Shown here one piece after another: positions 48,846 through 62,145 of a stretch of DNA of 64,000 nt. How positions within the stretch are numbered: the first letter of the stretch is position 1; each line of letters begins with the position of its first letter. Location: NCBI RefSeq assembly GCF_963921235.1, contig NC_086097.1:155560001-155624000 (forward strand), read 5' to 3'. Source of the DNA: Mobula hypostoma. Lineage: Eukaryota. The notes beneath the pieces are model-generated. The model searched no databases and was not told the origin of the DNA. It saw only the letters and a list, made by a program, of their open reading frames with translations. Both the position numbers and the translations under genes were made by a program.

Positions 48846-51185
48846 GAAACATAGAAAACCTACAGCACAATACAGGCCCTTTGGCCTACAATGCTAATGC
48901 CGAACATGTGCTTACTTTAGAAATTACCAAGGGTTACCAATAGCCCTCTATTTTACTAAGCTCCATGTACTTATCCAGGAGTCTCTTAAAAGACCCTATC
49001 GTATCCGCCTCCACCACAGTCGCTGGCAGCCCATTCCACACACTCACCACCCTCTGCGTAAAAAACTTACCCCTGTCATCTGCTCTGTTCCTACTTCCAA
49101 GCACCTTAAAACTCTGCCCTCTCGTGTTAGCCACTTCAGCACTGGGAAAAAGCCTCTGACTACCCACATGATTAATGCCTCTCATCATCTTATACACCTC
49201 TATCAGGTCACCTCTCATCCTCCGTCGCTCCAAGTAGAAAAGGTCAAGTTCACTCAACTTATTCTCACAAGGCATGCTCCCCAATCCAAGCAACATCCTT
49301 GTAAATCTCCTCTGCACACTGTCTATGGTTTCCACATCCTTCCTGTGGTGAGGTGACCAGAACTCCAAGTGGTGCCTGACCAGGGTCCTATATAGCTGTA
49401 ACATTACCTCTCAGCTCTTAAACTCAGTCCCACGGTTGATGAAGTCCAATGCACCGTATTACTTCTTAACCATCAGCAAATTTACTAACCCATCCCTCCA
49501 CTTCCTCATCCAGGTCACTTATAAAAATCACGAAGAGTAGGGGTCCCAGAACAGATTCCTGAGGCACACCACTAGTCACCGACCTCCATGCAGAATATGA
49601 TCCATCTACAACCACTCTTTGCCTTCTGTGGGCAAGCCAATTCTGGATCCACAAAGCAAGGTCCCCTTGGATCCTACGCCTCCTTAGTTTCTCAATAAGC
49701 TTTGCATGGGGTACCTTATCAAATGCCTTGCTGAAATCCATATCCACTACATCTACTGCTCTACCTTCATAAATGTGTTTAGTCACATTCTCAAAAAATT
49801 CAATCAGGCTCGTAAGGCATGACCTGCTTTTGACAAAACCATGCTGACTATTCTTAATCATATTATGCCTCTTTAAATCTTCATAAATCCTGCCGCTCAG
49901 GATCTTCTCATCAACTTACCGACAACTGAATTAAGACTCACTGGTCTATAATATCTTGAGCTATCTCTACTCCCTTTCTTGAAAAAGGGAACAACATCTG
50001 TAACCCTCTAATCCTCTGGAACCTCTCCCATCCCCATTGATCATGCAAAGATCATTGCTAGAGGCTCAGCAATCCCCTCCCTCACCCCCCACAGTACCCT
50101 GGGGTACATCTTGTCTGGTCCTGGTGACGTATCCAACTTAATGCTTTACAAAAGCTCCAGCACATCCTCTTTCTTAATGTCTTTGTGCTCAAGCTTTACA
50201 GTATGCTATAGGTCATCCCTATAATTGCCAAGATCCTTTTCCGTTGTGAATACTAAAGCAAAGTATTCTTTAAATATCTCTGCCATCTCCTTCGGTTCTA
50301 TACATACTTTTCCACTGTAACACTTGATTGGTCCTATTCTCTCATGTCTTATCCTCTTGTAGAATGCCCTGGAGATTTCCTTAATCCTGTCCACCAAGAC
50401 CTTCTCATGGTCCCTTCTGGCTCTCCTAATTTCTTTCTTAAGCTCCTTCCTGCTAGCCTTATAGTCTTCTAGATCTCTATCTTCACCTAGTTTTTTGAAC
50501 CTTTTGTAAGCTTTTCTTTTCTTCTTGACTAGATTTACAACAGCCTTTGTTCACCACGGTTCCTACCATCCTTTCCCTGTCTCATTGGAAACTACCTATA
50601 CAGAACGCCACGCAAATATCCTCTGAACCTTTGCCACATTTCTGCCATTCACTTCCCTGAGAACGTCTGTTCCCAATTTGTGCTTTCAAGTTCCTGCCTG
50701 ATAGCTTCATATTTCTCCTCTCTCCAATTAAACACTTGCTTAACTTGTCTGTTCCTATCCCTTGCCAATGTTATGGTAAAGGAGATAGAATTGTTATCAC
50801 TATCTCTAAAATACTCTCTCACTGTGAGACCTGACACCTGACCAGGTTCATTTCCCAATACCAGATCAAGTACAGCCTCTCTTCTTGTAGGCTTATCTAC
50901 ATATTGTGTCAGGAAACTTTCTTGAACACACCTAACAAACTCCACCCCATCTTATCTCCTTGCTCTAAGGAGGTGCCAATCAATATTTGGGAAATTAAAA
51001 TCTCCCACCACGAAACTCTGATATTATTACACCTTTCCAGAATTTGTCTCCCTATCTGTCCTCGATGTCCCAGTTACAATTGGGTGATCTATAAAAAATC
51101 ACCCAGTAGAGTTATTGACCCCCTTCCTGTTCCTAACTTCCACCCACAGAGACTCTGTAGACAACCCCTCCATGACTTCCTCCAT
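48846..51185 (-). mobile_element. CR1 LINE ORF2 with internal deletions (EN end, RT, 3' tail)
   Basis: [64 protein letters not shown]; tail 'tagaaacatagaaa'. Confidence 0.93.
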
Positions 51186-51929
51186 TATAATACTGTTTAA
51201 CATTTTAAAAGAAAATGTGATGGGGATCAAGCAGGAATAGGCCCATGTCTTTTCACCATACAATAAGATCATAACTGGTTACTTACCTCAGCATTTGATT
51301 CCCCTTAACAGAAGAGTAAAAGAAAGCAGAGCAGAAATAGGCTACATGGCCTCACGATCCATTCAACAAAATCACTCATTTATCTTCTACCTCAGACATT
51401 ATTTTGCGGCCTGATCCCCATATCCCTCAATTTCTATAATATCCAGTAATATCTATCTCTCTGCTTTAAACAGCTTTGAGGATGTAGGACTCCAAAGATT
51501 TACCTTATTCTCAGAGTCATACAGTGCAGAAACAGGCCCTTTGGGCCAACGTTCAGGCTAACCATGCTGTCTACTAGAGCTAGTTTCAGTTGCCCGTGTT
51601 TAACCCCCACCCTTCTCAATGTTTTCTATCCATATCTTAGAAATCCAAACATAGAAATATCTTCTCATCCCAGCCCAAACTGACCCATCCCTTTCAATGC
51701 TTAACCACACCAAAAATCTTTCCTCCATCCCTTCTGCTAAGCTCTTCAAGGATTCCACACATTCTTTAATGAAGTTGCCTCTCAGTGCTCTGACTTAACC
51801 TCAGAATTATTATTACACATTATCACAGTCATGTCTGTTCTTGAAATTCCTTTCACAGTAGTGAGTGTTGACTTTTTACAGAAGGGTAGCTCTATGTCCA
51901 ACTATCCTACAACCCACATCCCATGTTCA

Positions 51930-52200
51930 GTACTGATCTCCCATTGCTGTCTGATTGGAGTCTGCATGGTCGCCCAGAATTTACATGGATCTCCCGTGGA
52001 TGCCCAGGTTTTCTCTCACATCCCATAGATGCGCTGGTAGGTAGATCAATTGGCTACTGTAACTTGCTACATGTAGGTGGTAAGAAAATCAGGATGAATT
52101 TGATGGACTTGTGAGAGAGAATAAATTACAAGGAATATGATTGACAGGATTGCTCTCCGAGGCATAAACACAATGTATCTAATGGGTTCCTTCTACATCA
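51930..52200 (+). mobile_element. Degraded V-SINE-like element
   Basis: 'ggagtctgcatggtc..gtggatgcccaggttttctctcacatccc..ggtagatcaattggctactgtaac'. Confidence 0.55.
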
Positions 52201-52979
52201 TGAAGCATATAGAAATATGAGATGACATGAAACTTAGGAGAGTTGTAAATCTACTTTGACAACCCTGGCCAAACATGCAATTTCTATCACCAAGAAATGT
52301 CATGGACAGTAGGAATGTGGGGATGCCACCACCTGCAGTTTCCTGTAGTGTATATAATGACAGTCTATATTGGTAGTTTGGCTGAGAGGACCAAATGTGA
52401 GTTTGGTCTTCAGCCAAAACTAGAATGCGACAAGTGATGAGAATGCAAAGAAGCATCAGGTGATCGAGAAATGCTAAGTGATTGGGCAATGACAAGGCAA
52501 GTTGATTATATTGTGAAAAGAAAATCCGGTTATCCAATTTCTGACAAATCTCATGCATGTCTTTAATGTCTGAAAATCTAATCAAAGAGTGTATTGCAAA
52601 ACAAAGACAATTCAAAGTCCCTAAGGTCATGTTGGGTTGTCACAGCAGGTATGGATTTACCAAATACAGAGAAGCCAGTCTATGGCAAAACAGAGAGAAA
52701 CTAATAATTACATAGCTGAAAGGTTTGGAAGAGACCAGAATGGGAGAGGGACTTCATAATTTCAAAATGGAAAAAGGAAAGCAACAATGTCCAGTGTTTG
52801 TGGAGAGTAAGAGCTGGAATCAGTATAGGTAACGTGAATGATGAATAGCCTTAAAAAGTAATCAAAGCAATGATTATTGTAAATCATTTTATGATATATA
52901 ATAATATACTGATTATAATATGTACCTATATTCACTTAATAATCAGAAATAGTTATCGACTTCAGGAGAGCTCAAACTA

Positions 52980-55350
52980 CTCACACTCCCCTCTACATTG
53001 GCAGTACAGCAGTGGAAACTGCGAGTAGTTTTAAAATCCTGGGAGTGCACACCTCACACAAATTCTCATAGTCCAAGAGCACATCTTACACAGTCAAGAA
53101 AGCTCACCAATGCCTCTACTTTCTGAGGAGGCTGAAGAGAGCTGGTCTGTGCATATCCATACTCACGTCACTTTACTGATGTGCAGTAGAGAGGATCCTA
53201 ACAAGCCGCATCACTTCTTTTTATAGAAACTACACTGTGATGGACAGCAAGTCTCTACAACCGGTAATCAAAACTGTTTAGTGCATCACTGCCACGAGCC
53301 TACCTGCCATGAAGGACACACATGCTCAAAGATGCTGGAAAAGGGACAGTAATATCATGAAGGATCTCAACCTCCCTCCTCATGGACTGTTTGAACCACT
53401 TACATCATGGAGGAGGCTACTTGGCATCCATGCCAAGACCATCAGAATTAAAGACAATTGCTTTCCCCAAGCAGCAAGGCTGATTAACACCTCCACCCAC
53501 TAACTTCACCACTACCTTATTATTTCATATCAGGCACTTTATGGACATGAAATCAATCTAAGTATAGTGCCTATAAAAAGTATTCACCTCCTTGGAAGTT
53601 TTCATCTTAAACTGTTTTACAACATTGAATCACATTGAATATACTTTGGCTTTTTTTGACACTGATGAACAATTTCATGTCAAAATGAAAACAGATGCCT
53701 ACAAAATGATCTAAATTAATTACACATATAAAACATAAAATAATTGATTGCATAAGTATTCACCCCCTTCAAGTCAGTATTTAGTAGATGTACTTTTGGC
53801 AGCAATTACAGCCTTGAGTCTGTGTGAATAGGTTTACATCAGCTTTGCACACCTGGACACTGCAATTTTTTTCCATTTTTCTTTACAAAACGGCTCAAGT
53901 TCTGTTGGATTGCATGGGGATCATGAGTGAACAGCCCTTTTCAAGTCCAGCCACAAGTTCTCAGTTGGATTGAGATCTGGACTCTGAGTTGTACACTTCA
54001 GGACATTAACTTTGTTGTTTTTAAGCCATTCCTGTTTAGCTTTGGCTTTATGCTTGGGGTTATTGGCTTGATGGAAAACAACTCTTCCCTCAAGTCGCAG
54101 TCCTCTTGCAGACGGCATCAGAATTTCCTCCAGGATTTCCCTGCCTTCATTTTACCCTCTACCTTCATAAGCCTTCCAGGGCCTGCTGCAGTGAAGCATC
54201 CCCACAGCATGATGCAGCCACCACCACGCTTCACAGAAGGGATGTGTGTTTTTGATGGTGCACAGTGTTTGGCTTACTCCAAACATAATGTTTATTCTGA
54301 TGGCCTAAAAGCTCAATTTTGGTTTCATCAGACCATAGAACCTTCTTCCAGCTGACTTTAGAGTCTCTCACATGCCTTCTGGCAAACTCTAGCTGAGATT
54401 TGATGTGAGTTTTTTTCAACAGCGGTTTTCTCTTTGCCACTCTCCCATAAAGCTGCGACTGGTGAAGCACCCGGGCAACAATTGTTATATGTATTGTCCC
54501 TCCTATCTCATCCACTGAAGCTTGTAACTCCTCTGGAGTTGTTATAGGTCTCTTGGTGGCCTCCCTCACTAGTCCCCTTCTTGCACGATCACTCAGTTTT
54601 TGAGGACAGACTGCTCTAGGCAGATTTACATTTGTGCCATATTGTTTCCATTACTTGATGATTAACTTAACTGTACTCCAAGGGATTTTCAGTGACTTGG
54701 AAATTTTCTTGTATCCATCTCCTGATGTGTTCTTTTCAAACGACCTTTTCACAAGTTGCTTGGAGTGTTCTTTTCTCTTCGTGGTGTATTTTTGCCAGGA
54801 TACTGACTCACCAGCAGTTGAACCTTCCAGATACAGGTATATTTTTACTACAATCAATTGAAACACTGTGACTGCACACAAGTGATCTCTATTTAAATAA
54901 TTATGCGAATTCTAAAACCAATTGGCTGCACAAGCGATGATTTGGTGTGTCATATTAAAGGGGGATGAATACTTATGCAATCAATTATTTTTTTGTTTTA
55001 TATTTGTAATGAACTTAGATCAGTTTGTAGAGATCTGTTTTCACTTTGACACGAAAGAGTCTTTTTCTGTTGATCAGTGCCAAAAAAAGTCAAATTTGGT
55101 CCACCATGATTCAATGCTGTAAAACAATAAAATGTGAAAACTTCCTGAGGGAGATGAATTCTTTTTAAAGGCACTATATATGAGCTATCTTATGTATTTA
55201 TATTTATTGTGCTTTTTATTATTGTGCATTTTATTATTGTGTTCTTTATGCTTTGCGGGTTTTTTTGTGTTGCATCAAATCCAGAATAACGTTTATTTCG
55301 TTCTCCTTTGCGCTTAGTACAGGAAATGACATTGAACAATCTTGAATTTT
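52980..55350 (+). mobile_element. Rex1/Babar-like LINE 3' part split by the Tc1 insertion
   Basis: 'tttaaaatcctgggagtgcac' (FKxLGVH), 'aagaaagctcaccaatgcctctactttctgaggaggctg' (KKAHQxLYFLRRL), CFPQAARLIN; the 3' UTR resumes after 55178. Confidence 0.8.
53565..55176 (-). mobile_element. Full-length Tc1/mariner transposon with long IR/DR-type TIRs; transposase pseudogene
   Basis: TA on both sides (53563-53564, 55177-55178); termini 'tagtgcctataaaaagtattcac' and 'gaattctttttaaaggcacta'; inner repeats 'aagtattcacccc' (~53755) and 'gggatgaatactt' (~54962); motifs GDGYKKISK, VLWSDETKIEL, FHQANNPKH, QSPDLNPTENLW. Confidence 0.95.
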
Positions 55351-56704
55351 GAATCTACTTGTTGGTTTTATTAATTTATAACATAAATTTACTGTGAACA
55401 ATTTAATACATAGAGGTTATACCAAAATATGAATGTATCAAGAATATGTAATATTATGTATTCACAGTTATAGACCTGTTAATGTTGTAGCACCAATTGA
55501 TGAACTGAAAGTGAGATCTGATGTCTATGAGATCTCTCCAAGGAGGTAATCCTTTGGATTATCAGTGCCTGGAGTGGATACAGAGATACCAACTGCAGTT
55601 ATGAGTTAAGGGAATAATTAAATCAGGAAATTGGATATATCTGCCCTTGGCTGAAATTGAAACAATAAGTGGTTGATTGATTGTATATTTTTATTTATGT
55701 AAATAGTTTGATACTGTTTTGGGTTTTATTGTATTTTCTTGAAAGCAAAGCTTTGTTGTGTAAATTAGTATAAGTATAGTGTAAGAACCGAGTTTAAAAA
55801 ATAGCCTGACTTTTGGTGTATTGTTGTGTCAATCTGTTGCCTTCAAGAAAATATGTTGAAAACTCTATCTACATTATTTGCATTTGAATATGACAAAACA
55901 TGCAACAAAATGGAGATGTTCCCTGTGATTGGTACGTGCCGAGGGGTTGCATATGTAAAATACCCCTGAATTGTAAACTGATGTGGAATATATTAGATGA
56001 TAATAATTCAGATACAGACAACAAAGTCAGGCTTATTTTAATTAGTAAAAAACCGAAGCCAGATAATTGAATTACATTCATTCTATAACCTGTTGGAAGG
56101 TATAAATAAACTCAGAAAAGAACTGGCTAGCTGAACAAAAATCAAATTGTAGCTGCTTCTAATTTGACCTTTACCAAGCTTTAAATATTGAATGGTACAG
56201 TAATTGTCTGGGAAGAAGGATTGTTTCACACCAGAACAAACTTGTGTTGTTCTTGAACAGCCACAGGCCAGGCTTGTGTAAAGGTCATTTTAATATAATT
56301 GATCTATCCATTAGTGAATCTTTATAAATGTCACTAAAGGTTGGGTAGTGCTTCCTGTAGCTTGATCATGCAGTTCAAATTGATTTTGATGGATTGTTTA
56401 TTAATTATTTCAAGATTTCAGACCAAAATCTTCTCTTCAATATTCTTTTTTTGTAATCAGGCCCTTAAATCACCTGCACTTGGGCACGATAGGAAGCATC
56501 AGGACTCTCACACGGGGCATAGAACTTCACAATGTTGTATTGTTTATATTCACAGGCCTAATGTTACAAAGAAAGATGAAAAGTGGCATTTCTGAGGAAG
56601 AAATATCATGAAATATTCCTATCAGAAGAAACTTTTTCTTCTGATATTTTAATCTACATTACGTCCTTCTGAGAAGTAAATGCTTAAAGGTAAATAACTT
56701 ATAA

Positions 56705-57042
56705 AGAGTAGCTTTATTTGTTACATGTACTTCAAAATCTCAAACCATACAGTGAAATATGTCATTTGCCTCAATAACTAACACATTCAGAGGATTGAAA
56801 TGGGGCAAAACCACAAGTGTCGCCCCACTTAAAATGCCAGCATAACATACCCACAACTCACTAACCTAACCTTAATCAACTAGCTTAGGAATGTCAGATG
56901 AAACCTGAGCATTCAGAGGAAACCCATATGGTTCTAGGAATAACATATAAACACCTTACAGACAGCAGTTTGAATTGAACCCTGATTAATGATTGCTAGC
57001 ACTGTAAAGTGTTGCGTTAACCTTTAAACTACTGTGCTGCCC
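56705..57042 (-). mobile_element. V-SINE-like element (one copy of the 39-bp unit)
   Basis: Contains 'gccagcataacatacccacaactcactaacctaacc' once; otherwise colinear with the flanks of the 44.7-kb array. Confidence 0.75.
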
Positions 57043-57127
57043 TGCCCAGTCACTAATACTAACAATTATATTCAGAAAAATCGATTATCAAGCAATATTC
57101 ACTTTTAAATCCAAATTATTTATTTAT

Positions 57128-57147
57128 ACACACACACACACACACAC
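57128..57147. repeat. (AC)n microsatellite
   Basis: About ten AC units seen directly. Confidence 0.9.
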
Positions 57148-57619
57148 GTTAATATGGTAAGCAAAATATGTTTAAAGACAGCCTTTAATTTATTTGATAT
57201 TGAATTTAATTTACATAATCCCACATAATCCCTCATTTTTAGCTATGGAAAGAAACACTGCATGAGGTTAAATCTTGAAATAGCATCCAAGAACAAGTGC
57301 TCAACTTACTGCAGACATTTATAATAACAAAACTATCCTATTGTTTTCTTACATGGTATCTGATCTAAAATTGACTTACCAGGAATCGACTTTGTTATTT
57401 CTTTCTCTTTAAAAAGGAACTTGACTGGCATTGGGAGATTGGATTGGACAGCTGCAGAACTGACTGTGGGATGCTCAAACACTACAAAGTACAATTAACA
57501 GTAGGTACTTTTTGTCAGCATGTAGTTGCTGAGATATTCATCCCATGGGTACCTCAGTGGTGATACAAGTGCCAGCATTTCTTTGTTAATAGCTTCAGGG
57601 CAGGCATATGTATGGAATG

Positions 57620-59726
57620 GAAGCCTGGGTTAAGCTATTATATCACTCGCCTTTAGCGTGCATACAGATGAATTATTCTCGATCTGACTATTTCCCATTA
57701 ACACGTGGCACTCGCGAAGGCTGCCCACTGTCCCCTCTTCTTTTTGCAATTGCAATTGAACCTCTTTCTATTGCACTTAAGTCAACTATGTTATTTCAAG
57801 GCGTTAGGAGAGGGGACATGGAACACCGTGTATCCCTATATACTGATGACCTCTTACTTTATGTTAGCGACCCTGTAGGTAGCGGTCCTGCTATTGTGTC
57901 ATTATTAGGTCAATTTGGAGCCTTCTCTGGCTAGAAACTAAACCTTCAAAAAAGCAAATGCTTTCCCATTAATAACTTAGCCCTGCAGATCCGACAGGAA
58001 TCTTTACCTTTTCCTTTATCTCGAGATGGTTTTGTATACCTTGGAATACACGTTAGTCGCTCTTTTACATCTCTGTTTTAAGCTAATTACAGGCCTCAGG
58101 TTAGCCAAATGAAGGCTTATTTTGAGAGATGGCGCAGTTTACCTCTTACTATATCTGGGAGAATTCAATCAGTGAAAATAACTATACTTCCTAGATTTCT
58201 TTATTTGTTCCAGTGCTTGTCAGTCTTCTTATCCAAGTCATTTTTCAAGTCAGTCGACCAAGCTATAACCTCCTTTATTTGGGAAAATAAGGTCCCAAGG
58301 GTTAATAAGCGCATTCTCCAAAGAGGTCGTGACGTAGGTAGAATGGATCTTCCTAGCTTTATTCATTATTACTGGGCATCGAACATTCAAAAGGTATTAT
58401 TTTGGCTCCACCGGCCAGATATAAACTGGTGCCTGCTTGAGACATGGTCTTGCCACTCCTCATCTCTCTTAGCTTTAGTGTATTCTTCCTTGCCTTTGAA
58501 ATTCTCTCAATTCACATCTAACCTGGTCGTGCTCTCCACCCTCAAAATTTTTCATCAATTTCGCTGCCACTGTAAGTTCACATCAGCTTCAGTTTTGGGT
58601 CCCATTCATAGAAACCATCTATTTCTCCCCCTCTTAACTCGATTCAGTTTTTAGACAATGGGGTCTGAATGGTCTTATGCGCATTAAGGATTTGTACACT
58701 GATAATCTATTTGATAGTTTTGATGACCTGTGCAGTAAATATGGTCTTCCGCATAAACATTTTTTTTAAATACCTGCAGACTCGCCACTCTGTCAAGGAA
58801 AAATTTCCCTCTTTTCCTGATCTACCACCTGCTATGGTGTGGGAAAAACTCACTATTAGCTTTAATGATAAAGGACTGATCTCTGTACTATACTCTCAGC
58901 TGATGTCCTTAGGAGTTCAGGATCTAAACAAAACTAAGACTAGGTGGGAGGATGTCCTTGGTATGGATCTGGCTGAGGAATCTTGGGCAAAAGCATTGAA
59001 TAGGGTTTATTCCTCATCATCATGTGCTAGACTGGGGCTCATACAATTTAAAGTTTTACACAGGGTACATTTAAGTAAAGCCAGGCTTGCTGACATATAT
59101 CCTGGGACAGACACTGGCTGTTACAGGTGTTCCTTCTCTCTGGCTGGTTTAGTGCATGCACTTTGGTCTTGCCCTCAGCTTGATGGTTATTGGGCACTGG
59201 TTTTTAAAACTATCAGTGAGGATTCGGGGGTGATACTGAGACCTTGCTCGCTTATAGCTCTATTTGGTGTGGCAGATGATGTTTTGGGTTTAAATGCAAA
59301 CCATTCAGATATCATTGCATTTACATTGCTTTTGGCCCATAGGAGAATCTTGCTGGTCTGGAAATCTGCCACTCCCCCATCGGCTGCTGCTTGGATAGAG
59401 GACGTAATGTTTTTTCTGAAATTAGAAAAGATTAAATTCACTTTGAGGGGGTCTGTGAAAAAGTTCTATTCGAAGTGATGATCTTTCTTGTCATATTTTG
59501 GGAGTCTTAAGGAATTATCTACTAGTTGAGAGCATTTGATTGTACTTGGGGATTTGCCCCTTTTAATGCGCATATGGTTTACCTGATAGGGTGGTTGATG
59601 CATTGTAAAATGAGTGTATTCTGGATCATCTGACGTGTTGTGGATTTGTGTGGGCCTCCATCTTGAAGGAATGTGGGGGTATGGCTGTGAAATGTCCGTG
59701 CTTGTATTTGTGAAGTGAAAAAAAAG
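57620..59726 (+). mobile_element. 5'-truncated L1-clade LINE (second family)
   Basis: RGTREGCPLSPLLFAIAIEPL, SLYTDDLL, LPRFLYLFQ, C-terminal CYRC..HALWSC; 3' UTR ends in a short A-run. Confidence 0.92.
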
Positions 59727-60499
59727 CAAGTGAAAATGATTTCTTCAATTGCATGACATGGAAGGATAAATTAATCACTCCTGTGCTGTCAACAATTAGC
59801 CACGATAAAAGAGAATGTGTTAGAAAATTAGAGCCTGTGTACTGATCACAAACAAGAGAAAATGTGCAGATGCTGGAAATCCAGAACAACACACACAAAC
59901 TATAGATACTGTCTGTCCTGCTGTGTTCCTCCAGCATTTTGTGTGTGTAAAAATATGCTGTATTTACCAAATAAATGCATAAATCATTACTGTACCTTGA
60001 TAGCTGCAGCAATTTTGATTCTTTTCTCCATGGACATGAAGGGTACAACTGCACTCCCACTTGCGGAATTTGGAAAAAACTGACTAATGACTACAAAAGT
60101 TGCAGATACAACCTCACAAGCACTGACAATGGAATGGCAGCATGCAACTTAAAGACAGATGTGAGTAATGACATTAACCCAGGATAGTGCCTCATTACTA
60201 TGCAAAGCTGTTGTACTTAAAGGGGCAATATTTTTTGTGATGGGGAAGAAGATGTCATTAATTCTTGGGTCCTAATTTATATGCATTTCCTGATGGATAA
60301 AGAAAATGGAAAAGGTTCTCATCTGCGGTTAAATCAGACTAGAATAAGGACAGAGGGGTTGCAAAATAAGATTCAAAAGTGGATTTGGAAGGAGCAGAAT
60401 TCAATAAAGATTGATAAGGAAATTGACAGTAATGGAGAAAATGTATTATGGTTAAAATGGAATGATAATCAGAATTAGGTTTATTTTCACTGAGATGTG

Positions 60500-61710
60500 T
60501 TCAAAGTTCAAAGTAAGTATATTATCAAAGTACACGTATGTCACTATATACAGGACAATCTTGAGATTCATTTTTTTGTGGGCAATCACAGTAAATAGGA
60601 GAAACACAACAGAATCAATGAAAGACTGCACCAAACAGGATGGACAGCAACCAAGGTGAAAAAAATGAATAAACTGTGCAAATACAAAGAGAAAGATTAA
60701 AAAATGAAATAATAATCATAATAATAATAACAATAGCAATAATAAATAACCAGTACATATTGAGAACATGATACGAAGAGTCCTTGAAAGTTTGTGGGAA
60801 TATTTCAGTGATGAGTGAGTGAAATTGAGTGAAGTTATCCCAGTTGGTCAAAAGCCTGATGGTTGAGGGGTAATAATTGTTCCTGAACCTGATGGTGCAG
60901 GTTGTGAGGCTCCTGTACCTTCTCCCTGATGGCAGCAGTGAAAAGAGAGCATAGCCTGGCTGGTGCGTGTCCTTGATGGTGGATGCGGCTTTCCTGCGAC
61001 AGTGCTCCGTATCATATGCTCAATGGTAGGGAGGGCTTTAACCATGGTGGACAGGGCTATATCCACTACTTTTTGTAGGCTTTTCCGTTCAAGGGTACTG
61101 ATGTTTCTATACCAGGCCACGATGCAACCAGTCAATATACTTTCCACCACAATTCTATAGAAGTTTGTCAAAGTTTTAAATGTCATGCTAAATCTTTGCA
61201 AATTCTAAGAAAGTAAAAACACTGCTGTTTCTTTTTTGTAATGGCACTTACATACTGGACCAAGGACAGATCCTCGGAAATGATATCACTGAGGAATTTA
61301 AAACTGATGTCCCTCTTTACCTCTGATCCCCAATGAGGAATGGCTTATAGAAAACATCCGGCCCATCTTCATCTTGGTTTCATCTTCCTGAAGACAATAA
61401 TCATCTTCTAGGTTTTGCTGACATTGAGTGAGAGATTGTTGCGGTGGCCTTACTCAGCCAGATTTTCAATCTCCCTACTATATGCTGATCCACCACCACC
61501 TTTGATTTAGGCTTATGACAGTAATGTCTTTGGCAAACTTTAATGTGGCATTGGAGCTGTGCTTAGCCTCAAATCATAAGTACAAAGCAAGAACAACAGG
61601 AGCTAAGCACACAGCCTTGCGGTGCACCCGTGCTGAGGGAGATTGTGGAGGAAATGTTGCTAATCTGAACTGACTGAGGTTGGCAAGTGAGGAAATAAAG
61701 GATCCATTGG
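60500..61710 (-). mobile_element. Rex1/Babar-like LINE 3' part
   Basis: LTNFYRIVVESILTGCIVAWY..RKSLQKVV; minus-strand [14 protein letters not shown] motif at ~61600; 'tttgaactttgaac' tail. Confidence 0.85.
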
Positions 61711-62145
61711 CACACTTTCAGAAAACACGTTATGTGATTTGTTTTCTGCTTGGCTCCTGCACGGCTCCTGCACTTTCACTGTGATTCTGTGGGCTTCCCT
61801 TGGGTGATTTGGATTCCTCCTGAATGTTGGACATTAAGTTAATTGACTGCTGCAGGTGGTTGCCAGGAGAAATGGAGTGAGAGGAAAGAATTGGGATGCA
61901 AGAGGAAAAATACTGTTAGTCTAGATGGCTGAAGGGCCTGTCTCCCTTTTGTGTTTCTCTACAACTCTCATTACCTGATGTGAAATTTGAAGAAGGATAT
62001 TTAGGTGGCATCTCCATCTGGAGAGCTGGATCATTGCTGGTAATCCACTGTTTTGTAGATGTTGAATTGTTTCTAAAAATGATGGTTGTGGACTATGTTA
62101 ATATATAACGTCTGCTTTAACACTCAGTTTTAAAAAATCTTAGTC

